IMG/VR virus record: IMGVR_UViG_3300032053_000049
Span: 1-64,000 of that record
From: a virus
Reading direction: 5' to 3' (one strand)
Length of the DNA: 64,000 nt
Position numbers and translations under genes: made by a program. Shown one piece after another: positions 1 to 9,561 of this stretch. Under the pieces are notes generated by a model, which was given only the letters and a program-made list of their open reading frames with translations, was not told the DNA's origin and searched no databases. Position 1 is the stretch's first letter; the number at the start of each line of letters is the position of its first letter.

Positions 1-1
1 A

Positions 2-662
2 TCTAATTTTGATTTCATAATAGCAGAAAAAATACCAAATGATAATCTTCTTATAGTTGAGCAAAAATATTTAGATTTGTGTAATAATGATAAAAATATT
101 AGTTACAATATGAGTAATGATACTAAAAGCACCAATGAAAGGAAAACATCATATTAATACTGCTAAAGAAAAAATTAGAATGTGTAATATAGGAAGAAAA
201 CATACCTTACAAACTAAATTAAAAATGAGTATATCTAAAAAAGGAATAAAAAATCCAAAATTGGGAAGAAATATGTTTGGAGAAAATAATCCAATGTATG
301 GAAAACATCATACAGAAAAATCTAAAGAAAAAAATAGATTATCTCATTTTGGAAAATATGATGGAAACAAAAACCCAAATTATGGAAAAAAACATAGTTA
401 TATTACGAGACAAAAAATTAGTAAATCGTTATTGGGCATTCCATCACCAATGAAAGGAAAACATCATACAAACGAATCAAAAGAAAAATTGAGTATATCA
501 CACAGAGATAAAACCACATTTAACTTTAAAAATATAAAAACAAATGAAATATTTATTGGAAATTCCTATGATTTTTCTCAAAAATTTAATTTTCCTTCAG
601 GAAATGTTAGGCCATTTGCTAAAGGAAAAATTAAACATTTTCATAATTGGATTATTTTCTAA
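2..662 (+). pseudogene. GIY-YIG/NUMOD3 homing endonuclease, 5' end outside the window, frameshifted at AAAA 125-128
   Basis: Frame 2 from nt 2 reads SNFDFIIAEKIPNDNLLIVEQKYLDLCNNDKNISYNMSNDTK, typical of the C-terminal part of a GIY-YIG domain. It continues only in frame 3 as APMKGKHH with NUMOD3 repeats (NPMYGKHHTEKSKEK, NPNYGKKHS, SPMKGKHHTNESKEK). Confidence 0.7.
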
Positions 663-894
663 ATTTTCCTCTATTGTAAATAAAATCGTTGTATTCCTCA
701 TCATTCTTACATCCTATAGATTCCAGAAATATTTGATGTCTCCACTCTGAAAATTTTTTACATATTTCTCTATGTCTTTCTTGAGACAATCCCTTTTTAG
801 TTATTAAATATGGAGCAGGTCCAATATGACTTAACCTAGTAGTCAATTCTAAAACATCTAGGCCAAATATTTCTTGTAATTCTTCCGTTGTCAT
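652..894 (-). CDS. hypothetical protein
   Basis: 80-aa ORF coupled to its neighbour by an ATGA overlap at 891-894. Confidence 0.65.
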   Translation of the reverse strand: MTTEELQEIFGLDVLELTTRLSHIGPAPYLITKKGLSQERHREICKKFSEWRHQIFLESIGCKNDEEYNDFIYNRGKFRK

Positions 895-1184
895 TTGCTT
901 ATTGTATTTAATCCACCACTAATTTTAGTACATTTCCATTTTGATTTCTTTGCTTTTTGTTTATCTTTCCATTCACGAGTTTTTGTCCATTTCATGTGGT
1001 TATATCTATTTTTTAATGGATTAAGAAAACAATGAATTTCTCCCATTTCATTTTCAGTATAAGGAACAAATTTTTTCTTTCCTTTTGGATCTATTTCATA
1101 ATATCCTCTTGATACTTGTTCGTGGATAGAAGCAGACACTTCAGTTGGTACACTAAAATATTTTAATGTTTTTGCTATTCTCAT
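891..1184 (-). CDS. hypothetical basic protein
   Basis: 97-aa ORF with ATGA overlaps at both ends. Confidence 0.65.
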   Translation of the reverse strand: MRIAKTLKYFSVPTEVSASIHEQVSRGYYEIDPKGKKKFVPYTENEMGEIHCFLNPLKNRYNHMKWTKTREWKDKQKAKKSKWKCTKISGGLNTISK

Positions 1185-1426
1185 ATAATTTCACGTGTTT
1201 CTGTATTTATAGTTTTAGTAAAATTAGGACCGTTGGTTTCTATTATTGTAATTTGATCTGCTCTTTCTATAACCACATCTTTAAGATTTTTTTCTTTAAT
1301 ATGGTCTTTAGCATTTTGTTTTGAAAGAAATTCAAATAATCCTATATGATTATTACTAACATATCCTTTTTCTTTTCCTACTTTTTTAATTCTATATAAT
1401 ATTCGTGTATAATTTTTAGTTTTCAT
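1181..1426 (-). CDS. hypothetical protein
   Basis: Start more plausibly the ATG at 1426 (MKTKNY), just after the guaC stop, than the overlapping start at 1456. Confidence 0.6.
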   Translation of the reverse strand: MKTKNYTRILYRIKKVGKEKGYVSNNHIGLFEFLSKQNAKDHIKEKNLKDVVIERADQITIIETNGPNFTKTINTETREII

Positions 1427-1428
1427 AA

Positions 1429-2409
1429 TTAATGATAAGGTAAAATCCGTTCCCACTCTATTTCTTTAAAACAATCTAAATCCGTGCCGCCGCCATATGA
1501 AATTGACGATTGCAACGCTTGTTGTATTTCATTCATTCTCTGTGAATATGTAAGACCTTCTTCTAATTCAAGAGTTCTACCTTCAACGTGTCGTCTTTCT
1601 CCTTTGACTTCATATGAAGTAGATCCACGATAAACTTTTTTTCCACCAACAATTTTAGCCGGTGAATCAATACAAGAAGCAAACCAGCCACCCGCCATTA
1701 TCATAGTGGCTCCGAAGGTCAATGCTTTAGCAATATCTCCATAATATTTGGCACCACCATCAGCAATAATTGGTTTAGGATTTAAACTAAAAGTTACTAT
1801 AGCATTAGCCTCATAAACAGAATGTAAAGTTGGAAGATGAAAACCAGTTTGATAACGAGTAGTACAGATCGAACCGCCTCCTATACCTACTTTAATAGCA
1901 TCAATATTTAAACCAGCAAGAAATTCCACTCCTTCAGCAGTAGCAACATTTCCAACAATAAGTTTTGAAGTAGGAAATTTCTCACGAACCCACGGTATGA
2001 CATCATCAACACTTTCATGATGAGCATGAGCAACGTCGATTGTTATATAATCTATTCTATAATTTTTATTACGAATATCATTTAAAATATTTTGATCTTT
2101 TTCATTAATACCCGTAGAAATGCTAATTAATTTCCAATTTTCTTCATTAGCTTTGGCTACAAAACTATGAATCGGCATATATTCTGTGTTATATTCTCCA
2201 AATCTATGAAAAATATAAAAATAATCATTTTCTGATAACCACTTGGCATTATCGTATGATATAACATCCTGCATATTTGCCGGAATAATTGGTAGTTTAT
2301 ATGTTCTTCCCAGAAATTCTACAGAAGTATCAGCCTTACTTCTACTTTGTAGATAAGAATATTTAGGGCGAAGACAAACCGTATCGTATGATAATAAAAA
2401 ATCTTTCAT
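1429..2409 (-). CDS. guaC: GMP reductase (IMPDH/GMPR family, no CBS domains)
   Basis: IIPANM, IDVAHAH, IVGNVAT, catalytic loop KVGIGGGSICTTR, IIADGG, GDIAKAL, YRGSTS, LQSSISYGGG; 326 aa. Confidence 0.92.
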   Translation of the reverse strand: MKDFLLSYDTVCLRPKYSYLQSRSKADTSVEFLGRTYKLPIIPANMQDVISYDNAKWLSENDYFYIFHRFGEYNTEYMPIHSFVAKANEENWKLISISTGINEKDQNILNDIRNKNYRIDYITIDVAHAHHESVDDVIPWVREKFPTSKLIVGNVATAEGVEFLAGLNIDAIKVGIGGGSICTTRYQTGFHLPTLHSVYEANAIVTFSLNPKPIIADGGAKYYGDIAKALTFGATMIMAGGWFASCIDSPAKIVGGKKVYRGSTSYEVKGERRHVEGRTLELEEGLTYSQRMNEIQQALQSSISYGGGTDLDCFKEIEWERILPYH

Positions 2410-2471
2410 TTACGTGGATAATATTACCACACAAATGAAAGATGTAAATTTATTTTAAATGCTTATGTTTT

Positions 2472-3209
2472 TTATATATTTTGTTCGTCAACAACTTTTT
2501 TAACTTCTTTAATTAATGCTTTGAGTTGTTCTTTTGTAATACTTTCTTTATATGTTTTTACAACTCCTCTTGGAGCGTATTTGGCCATTGGTACTTTAGA
2601 TTTTTTAGTTTTTGGTGCCACAGAAACTTTAGGAGTATTCGTAGGCTTTGCTGCTGCAATTACATTGCCAGAAGCCGAAACAGGTCTATTAAAATTGACA
2701 TCTTTTTTTGTCATTTGAATGGGTTCTAGTTTTTTAAGTTTTGGTTCTGGCTTTACAGTTTGAGATTGTTGTTGTGCTATTTTTTTATTTGACTGTTTAG
2801 ATAAATCACTCAATCCTTGCCATGCTTTTTGTAAAATATTAGATTTTTTAGGAATTGTTGGCGTCGATGCAGAAGGAATTTCGAATTTATTTCGTATAAC
2901 AGGCGGTTTAATAACAGGAGGAACATTTCCTTGTGGAGAATATGTAAAATTATCACCTGCTCCTGTAGAAGAAGTAGATGTAGGTGAAGAATCACTCCTA
3001 GAAACGTTTGATGTTGTTTGTGGAGAAACCTTTTTGGAATTAGATGTTACATTTTTTCGTAATAGTGTTAATAATTGTTGATTATTAGGTCGTTTTGCAT
3101 TTTTAATTAAAATATCAATAATAGATTTTTTTTCTGTAGGTGAAAGATTTTGAATTACCTTTTTTAAATCAACACCTGAAAATGTTTGTTTTGCTTGAGT
3201 TTCATTCAT
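2472..3209 (-). CDS. hypothetical low-complexity protein, possible internal head protein
   Basis: 245 aa, Ser/Pro/Lys-rich, C-terminal EQLKALIKEV motif; lies near the prohead protease gene. Confidence 0.6.
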   Translation of the reverse strand: MNETQAKQTFSGVDLKKVIQNLSPTEKKSIIDILIKNAKRPNNQQLLTLLRKNVTSNSKKVSPQTTSNVSRSDSSPTSTSSTGAGDNFTYSPQGNVPPVIKPPVIRNKFEIPSASTPTIPKKSNILQKAWQGLSDLSKQSNKKIAQQQSQTVKPEPKLKKLEPIQMTKKDVNFNRPVSASGNVIAAAKPTNTPKVSVAPKTKKSKVPMAKYAPRGVVKTYKESITKEQLKALIKEVKKVVDEQNI

Positions 3210-3231
3210 ATTATTTTATATATACATATAT

Positions 3232-4917
3232 TCATTTTATCCATATATATTTTAAATTTCCACAATCCCATATTCTATCCCAACCATTGTTTTTCATATT
3301 TTCCCATTCTGATAATGAAGAATTAAACATTAACAGTTTTTTTGAAAGAGTGTGTTTAGCAAATCCATATCGATGAAATCGTTTATAATTAATACCACGA
3401 TTAAAATACCAATAATTCGGTATTCCATCAGATATTTTTTTAAAACCAATTTTTTCATATATATTATTTTCTTTGGAAGTCCATCTCCTATCAGCATAAC
3501 TTGTTATTTTTGACGGATTATAGTTTTCAATGAAATAATTTAATAATTTACCTGCACCACCCAAAACATTGCATGTATTTAAAGAAGCATATCTAGATAA
3601 TTCATATTCATCCTTTTCGCTTTTTTGATTCATAAATATTCTTTTTTTACAAAAAGTCATTACTGCTACAAGTTCTTCATTATAAAATAATCCTAAATTT
3701 ATAGTAGATATATCATTTCCTTGTATATGATTTTCATTTAAAAAGTATTTTTTTTCATCAGGAATCAATATTTTAATTTTACATTTTCTAGCATATATTT
3801 TTTTCATTTGATTCACTCCTAATAAGTGTCTTAGTTTAGATTTTACAATTTCTTGTTTTTTTAACCATTCATCTTCAAAAATATGAATCAATTTTATATT
3901 TTTATTATTACAATCTATTAATTTTGAAAGATGATAATTTTTATCTTTATTTCCATTTATTTCTCCGTGCCAAAACAAACCATCGCATTCTATAGCAATA
4001 TTTTTTGATGGTATATAAATATCTAATTCTTTGTTATTTAATAAGATAGATTTAGTATTTTCTATAATAATTTCATTTGGCAATAAAAATTTAACATATT
4101 CAGTTATTTCTTTTTCAAATAAAGATGATCCGGATGATGGATAACACGTTAAGCATCTAGGAATTCTATCCCATCTTAACTGATAAGAAAAAATATTTTT
4201 ACAATATAAACATTCAAAATTATATTTTTTACCAACTCCTAAATATTCATCTTTTGTACATAATATTTTTACTTTATCTTTAAATCTATCAGATTGTAAT
4301 AAATTATTATAAAAATCATCTCTTTTAGTTTTACTTGTTTTTTCTGATATATCTTTAATTTTTTGGATATTATTTACACCATATTTTTCATTTATTATAT
4401 TTTCTTTTATATCTTGTCTTTCCAAAAACCATTCCGTTCCAAAATGTTTTAAACAAGTTTGTTTTTTCTTTTCTGATATTTCTTTTAGTTGAGAAATATT
4501 AGATACTCCATATCTATTCTTTATAGTAACGTTTCTTTTTTCTATTATTTTTCTATTAGAAAGACCATATTCAGTACCATAACGTTGTAAATTTGTGGAT
4601 TTAATTTTGTTAATAGTATTTGGATCAAACTGTGCACAAGAACAACAACACGTTCTCAAATAACCATTAGTAAAAGCAAAAAATGTAGTGATATTATTAC
4701 AAACGGGATTACAACATTTATTTTTTTCTAAATTATCATTTACTATGTGCCATATTCTTTGGGGTAAGATTGGATTTATGTCATCCAAAAAAGAAGTGAT
4801 ATCTAATATTTTTTGATATTCTTTTGAATATCCATATTTTTCAAACCACTCTTTTTTACACCGTTTTGAAACCAATTTGTTATTTATAATAAGATTAATT
4901 TGTATCCAAGTTTTCAT
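3232..4917 (-). CDS. free-standing homing endonuclease-like protein (Hef/Vsr-like PD-(D/E)XK family)
   Basis: Cys pairs, KYGV.N repeats, ELDIYIPSKNIAIECDGLFWH, LIHIFEDEW, IYARKC, ITSYADRRW, RIWDCG. Confidence 0.8.
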   Translation of the reverse strand: MKTWIQINLIINNKLVSKRCKKEWFEKYGYSKEYQKILDITSFLDDINPILPQRIWHIVNDNLEKNKCCNPVCNNITTFFAFTNGYLRTCCCSCAQFDPNTINKIKSTNLQRYGTEYGLSNRKIIEKRNVTIKNRYGVSNISQLKEISEKKKQTCLKHFGTEWFLERQDIKENIINEKYGVNNIQKIKDISEKTSKTKRDDFYNNLLQSDRFKDKVKILCTKDEYLGVGKKYNFECLYCKNIFSYQLRWDRIPRCLTCYPSSGSSLFEKEITEYVKFLLPNEIIIENTKSILLNNKELDIYIPSKNIAIECDGLFWHGEINGNKDKNYHLSKLIDCNNKNIKLIHIFEDEWLKKQEIVKSKLRHLLGVNQMKKIYARKCKIKILIPDEKKYFLNENHIQGNDISTINLGLFYNEELVAVMTFCKKRIFMNQKSEKDEYELSRYASLNTCNVLGGAGKLLNYFIENYNPSKITSYADRRWTSKENNIYEKIGFKKISDGIPNYWYFNRGINYKRFHRYGFAKHTLSKKLLMFNSSLSEWENMKNNGWDRIWDCGNLKYIWIK

Positions 4918-4980
4918 TTGATTTTATTGCTTTTGATATATAAGTATACATTCAAAAGGAAATAAAGTCAAAATCTTTAT

Positions 4981-6654
4981 TTATTTTATTTCAGATAAAA
5001 TATCTCTTATAATTGATTCTATTTTCATCCATTTATCGAAAATTGGGGGATTTATACTGGTTTTTACACCTTCGCTTAGATTACCAGCAGGAAACATAAA
5101 TGCTCCTCTCGTGCTTGGATTTGAAACAAAATCAAATGCGATTAGTTCGAAGTCATCTTGAACAAAATCGGCATCTTCATGTATACTCTTTTTAATTGTT
5201 CCAAGACCTCGGCTAGAAATACCTAAACGAATATTAGCACGAAATAATTCTCGTAAAATATTACCGTTTGGAGTAGGAAGAATTTCAATAGAGCCAATTA
5301 AGTCGTCCCCTTCCCAATGCATTTCAACAACATTATGAGAAACATTTTGAAGATTTACTACGGACGATTCCGGGTGATCGCAATTATGTGTCCACGTTAT
5401 TTTTCCATTATATCGCATTAACCAGGTGGAATTTGGAATGGTAACACAATATACATAATCATTAAAATCTACTAATTCAGCATATAAAAATCTACAATCC
5501 AAATAAATTCCCTTTGTAGTTTTTTCGTGTATTATATGTAAAGGTTTAGTGTTTTCAGCAAGAATCAATCTATCTGCAAAAATCCTATCTTCTGGTGTTC
5601 TTATGCTTGTAGTTGCACCACTTCCAAGTTTTAACATTATTTCAAACGTATCTTCAGAAAGTTGTGGCGATATAGTACAATATTCTCGAATTACTTTTCC
5701 ACAAACCATTCTATTTTTTCCATCTCCTAAAAGCATCCATTTCAATAAGATATTTAGTAATCTTACACTCCATTGTTTTGCGTATTCCGGTATTTTTTTA
5801 GTATAAGAATTACCAAGATCAAACAAATGGTTGTGTAAAAACTCATTAACAATAATGAACTGTCTATTATTTCGTAATACATATTTAAACGGAAGTCGTT
5901 TAAGAAGTTCTTCGATCATTGCTTTTGTATCTTCTTTAACTTGAGTTATTCCGACCAAATTACTTTTTCTTCCTCCTTTGGTTCCCGCACAATGTCCCTC
6001 GGCGAGATAGATACCTAAGAAAGCTGCCCAATCATCTGTCTTAATTTTTATTTCAGTATTGGGCAAAGTAAAATATTCATTATCTTCACCAATCCAATTT
6101 CCCGAATTCCTTATATAAGAATGAGAAACTCCAGAATCATTATTTTTGATTTTTTCATATAATTCTTCAGCAGTTATAACATATGGTTTATCATATCTAT
6201 CCCATAAAACTACTTTGTGTTTTTTTGTAACCATTATATCTAAGTTTTTTGAGTTATAAATATGAACCATCTGATCATTGTATAATTTTTCAACAGTATC
6301 GGTTACTTCTTGTATTTCTAACTGGTTATTACTAATGTTCAATGTAAAAACTTCGTCACCCACAGAAATATTTTCGATATTTTCCCATCCATCTTTTGTG
6401 AATATTTCTGTTCCTGCCGGCACACATTCCCCAATAGCCCGTCTTTCCTTTACAAAATTTTCTTCATATTTTTTTGCTTCTCGCATTAAAATATCTTTTC
6501 CATATACACGACCATTCTGGTTTTTTATTCCAGCACGTTGAAGAATTCCTTTCACGATAAGTTTTCGCATAGGATCTCTACTTGCTTCTTCAAAAATTAT
6601 ATCCCGAATTGGTTCAAAGGATATACAATCGATTAATAATTGTCTGTTGTCCAT
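4981..6654 (-). CDS. prohead core protease (T4 gp21-like), intein-containing; about 209 aa after splicing
   Basis: GILQRAGIKNQNGRVY, RAIGE-[intein]-CDHP, NVSH, LPTPNG, LGISSRGLG, DFELIAFDFVSNPST. Confidence 0.93.
   Translation of the reverse strand: MDNRQLLIDCISFEPIRDIIFEEASRDPMRKLIVKGILQRAGIKNQNGRVYGKDILMREAKKYEENFVKERRAIGECVPAGTEIFTKDGWENIENISVGDEVFTLNISNNQLEIQEVTDTVEKLYNDQMVHIYNSKNLDIMVTKKHKVVLWDRYDKPYVITAEELYEKIKNNDSGVSHSYIRNSGNWIGEDNEYFTLPNTEIKIKTDDWAAFLGIYLAEGHCAGTKGGRKSNLVGITQVKEDTKAMIEELLKRLPFKYVLRNNRQFIIVNEFLHNHLFDLGNSYTKKIPEYAKQWSVRLLNILLKWMLLGDGKNRMVCGKVIREYCTISPQLSEDTFEIMLKLGSGATTSIRTPEDRIFADRLILAENTKPLHIIHEKTTKGIYLDCRFLYAELVDFNDYVYCVTIPNSTWLMRYNGKITWTHNCDHPESSVVNLQNVSHNVVEMHWEGDDLIGSIEILPTPNGNILRELFRANIRLGISSRGLGTIKKSIHEDADFVQDDFELIAFDFVSNPSTRGAFMFPAGNLSEGVKTSINPPIFDKWMKIESIIRDILSEIK
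5383..6426 (-). mobile_element. intein (348 aa) with LAGLIDADG endonuclease in prohead protease
   Basis: Begins CVPAGTEIFT, block B VTKKHK, FLGIYLAEG and MLLGDG motifs, ends YVYCVT...WTHN/C. Confidence 0.93.
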
Positions 6655-6655
6655 A

Positions 6656-7687
6656 TTAAGATTTCCATCCGATTTCTTTTATATATTCCATAAGATATAA
6701 TCTTCCAATTTTGGAAATACTAATGGAACCATTACTAAATTTTTGTCCAATATTTCCGCATTCCCACAAAGCTTCTCTAGCAACTAATTGTATATCTCTT
6801 GTATCTACTGATTCTCTAATATGATCTATTGGAATCTCTAAATTACATCGATATGAACGAGTTTTAGATTCATTAACAGTAGAAGTAACTTTTTTAATAT
6901 ATTTACCAAAATTTTTGGTTTCATTTACCATAAAGTTTGATAAGATAGATTTCAAATCATTGTTTATTTCTTCAGCAATAGCTCTTTTTTTCTTTTTAAC
7001 TGGTGGAATTTCCATTTGTGGAACTCCCGTATCTTGTGGAGTAGTTGCTATTGATGGTTGTGGCTGTTGAGCAGGAACTTGTCCAGAAGGAATAGTTGGT
7101 GCCGCTGGCGGCACCATAGGAGGAACAGTTTGTCCGCCTTGTGCTACATTTGGTTGTTCTTCTCCAGGAGCAGCTGTTGATGCGTCCTCTGGTTCTCCAG
7201 GAGCTTCAGTTTCAGTAGATCCACCTTCAACACCCTGTTCAATCTTAATATTAACTCCAGGTGTCAAAAAATATTTTTTATCATTCTCATCTTGAACAAT
7301 AACAACCCACTCTTTATACCAAAATTCTACATTAATCTTTTTAATTTTATCGATTGTATAATCTGTTTTTGGTTGACCATAACCACGAGAAGCATTGGTA
7401 GAAACACTTTTACCAACCAATTGTTTATTCATTTTATCAAGAAGTTTTTTCTTTGCTTCAGATTCAGCACGATTCTTTGCATCTTCAAATGCACGAAAAT
7501 CTTTAGTCCAATCGTATTCGTTTGGATCTTCTGGAGTAGGAGTACTATCCATTTCTGGTTCTGGTACGGGTGGTTGTTGATCCATAGCTGGTGCTGGTGG
7601 AGCTTGTAAAGGCTCTGGTGCTCCCATAGCTGGCATCCCCGCTGGAACTTGTTCTATAAGGGTGATTAACGAACGTAATTTAATCAT
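6656..7687 (-). CDS. hypothetical Pro/Gln-rich protein in head module (possible core/scaffold protein)
   Basis: 343 aa between portal and protease; disordered Pro-rich stretches. Confidence 0.7.
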   Translation of the reverse strand: MIKLRSLITLIEQVPAGMPAMGAPEPLQAPPAPAMDQQPPVPEPEMDSTPTPEDPNEYDWTKDFRAFEDAKNRAESEAKKKLLDKMNKQLVGKSVSTNASRGYGQPKTDYTIDKIKKINVEFWYKEWVVIVQDENDKKYFLTPGVNIKIEQGVEGGSTETEAPGEPEDASTAAPGEEQPNVAQGGQTVPPMVPPAAPTIPSGQVPAQQPQPSIATTPQDTGVPQMEIPPVKKKKRAIAEEINNDLKSILSNFMVNETKNFGKYIKKVTSTVNESKTRSYRCNLEIPIDHIRESVDTRDIQLVAREALWECGNIGQKFSNGSISISKIGRLYLMEYIKEIGWKS

Positions 7688-8592
7688 AATTTCTTTTCCT
7701 CTTCTGAAATACTTTTTACAACTTTAAATCCTAATTTCTCACTAGCATCGATAGCTTTCATAGACCCCATTTTATTCTTACTTCCCCAGGCAGGAGTTTG
7801 ATATCCTGATACAGCTCCAGTTGATGTCATTTCTTTCAATCCAGTTGTTCTTGATAATCTACAACCATCTTCCATATCATCTGAATATGTTCCGTCAGGA
7901 TTAGTCATTTCATTTGATTTTCTTCTACCCATTGGAGGACTAAATCCTGCTACTGCTCCTGTTCCTGATTCTTCTTCAATATCACCAATGTGAGTTATTT
8001 GAAATTTTTTTACATACCAACCACGGCCGTCTTTATCTCCGATCCATCCTCTTCTTCCATCCCACTGAGAAAGAGTAAATACTTCATTACTTTCAGCATA
8101 AGGTGGTTTTAATCTTACTTTATCACCATTTTTAAATTCTTCTTCATTTCCAATTTCTTCTTTTAAATCTGGAATATCCATTTCATCAGCAGTAATAAGA
8201 TTATTCCTATCAGGATTTGTGGTTTTACTCAAAATAGCTGGTTTTCCATTAAACATTCCTACAGCACAACAATAAGCATTACCACGAGTTTTAAACTGCC
8301 ATACACCTTTATCATCTTCTTCTTCTCCAAAAATATCCCAATAATTTCTAGCAATTTTACTAGCCGTATCATAATCAACTCCTGGTCCTAATTTAATAAC
8401 GCCCCGTGGCACGAAAATACCTTCCGGTTCATATTGTTTATCTACTTCATCGTCTTCTGCAGATTCTTCTACATTTACAGCACCAAAAAAATCAGGAGAT
8501 TTATCTTTGTTAGCAATCATTTCATTGACTTTCAAAGATTTAACTTCTTTTATTATATGTTTTAAAAGAACCTTAAGTTCTGATTTTTTCAT
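7684..8592 (-). CDS. hypothetical acidic head-associated protein
   Basis: 302 aa; N-terminal KKSELKVLLKHIIKEV; repeated TGAV(A/S)G motif. Confidence 0.7.
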   Translation of the reverse strand: MKKSELKVLLKHIIKEVKSLKVNEMIANKDKSPDFFGAVNVEESAEDDEVDKQYEPEGIFVPRGVIKLGPGVDYDTASKIARNYWDIFGEEEDDKGVWQFKTRGNAYCCAVGMFNGKPAILSKTTNPDRNNLITADEMDIPDLKEEIGNEEEFKNGDKVRLKPPYAESNEVFTLSQWDGRRGWIGDKDGRGWYVKKFQITHIGDIEEESGTGAVAGFSPPMGRRKSNEMTNPDGTYSDDMEDGCRLSRTTGLKEMTSTGAVSGYQTPAWGSKNKMGSMKAIDASEKLGFKVVKSISEEEKKL

Positions 8593-8623
8593 TCTATTTT
8601 CTCACAATCCAGTTATATAATAG

Positions 8624-9502
8624 TTATTTATTTATAGTATCTTTTATAGATTTAATTAATTCATAAGAAAGTAATACTGTCATAATAATACCATCCTTAA
8701 CAACTTTACTCGGTTTTATACGACCAAGTTGATGTATAACTTCATTAATTTTAATTTTAACTACCTCGGAATCCTTTATCTTTGTATTGAGTTCAGTAAG
8801 TTGTGCCTTAACGTCACCAATTTTTTCACAAATAAAGGTGCCAAGAGAGTTAGTATTGGAAATATTATTAATATATTCTCTCAATACGGATTTTTGATCA
8901 TCATCAAGTGATTTGTATTTTTTATTAAGACCATCAACTAACAATCTATATGAAAGTAAACGAATCTCTTCGCTTTGTTGTTCATAAAACTTAAGTAAAT
9001 TTTCTTCCTCACTTGGCGATTTCTTTCTATCAGATACGTGTTCAACTAAGTATGTCTTAGCTTTATATATTTCCCTAACGTCAAATTTAACATCTTTTGA
9101 AGTAGCATCCTCGAAGAGTTTAAATATGGAAGCTAACGTCTTATAATTTCGAATGTTGGATTTTAAAAACTCATCAATTGGATATGTCTCTTTTATTTCC
9201 TTGATAAGTTGATATTTTTCTCTCAAAAGTTTAGCATCACTAAGTTTCTTTCGTTGTTCAAGTATAACTGATAAAAATCGTTCTGCGAAGGTCGTATCCT
9301 TGACCTTTTCGTTTAAAATAAAATTATAAAGTCGCCATTCCTTCCCCAGTTCTGTATTTTCTTTGAAATATTTGAAGAGAATTTCTTTGGCTTTGGAATC
9401 ATCGGTTCCGGCAATAATATCAGCTGTAATTTGACGCGTTAATAGCTCAAATAAAATGCCGGTATTTCTAAATTTAGAATGGCGCTTTTTCTTGATAGAC
9501 AT
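8624..9502 (-). CDS. hypothetical helical protein downstream of portal
   Basis: 292-aa ORF (KKRHSKFRNTGILFELLTRQIT) with an upstream TATTTATA motif. Confidence 0.75.
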   Translation of the reverse strand: MSIKKKRHSKFRNTGILFELLTRQITADIIAGTDDSKAKEILFKYFKENTELGKEWRLYNFILNEKVKDTTFAERFLSVILEQRKKLSDAKLLREKYQLIKEIKETYPIDEFLKSNIRNYKTLASIFKLFEDATSKDVKFDVREIYKAKTYLVEHVSDRKKSPSEEENLLKFYEQQSEEIRLLSYRLLVDGLNKKYKSLDDDQKSVLREYINNISNTNSLGTFICEKIGDVKAQLTELNTKIKDSEVVKIKINEVIHQLGRIKPSKVVKDGIIMTVLLSYELIKSIKDTINK

Positions 9503-9521
9503 AAATTTAATTCTTCTATTT

Positions 9522-9529
9522 TATAAATA
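9522..9529 (-). promoter_or_regulatory. recurrent upstream motif TATTTATA (putative late promoter)
   Basis: Same octamer at 21098, 27599, 28380, 55730 and 61904; variants at 4939, 16459, 25435, 29658, 38510 and 41995. Confidence 0.6.
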
Positions 9530-9561
9530 TGATATATATACGTCAAAATATATTATTTCAA

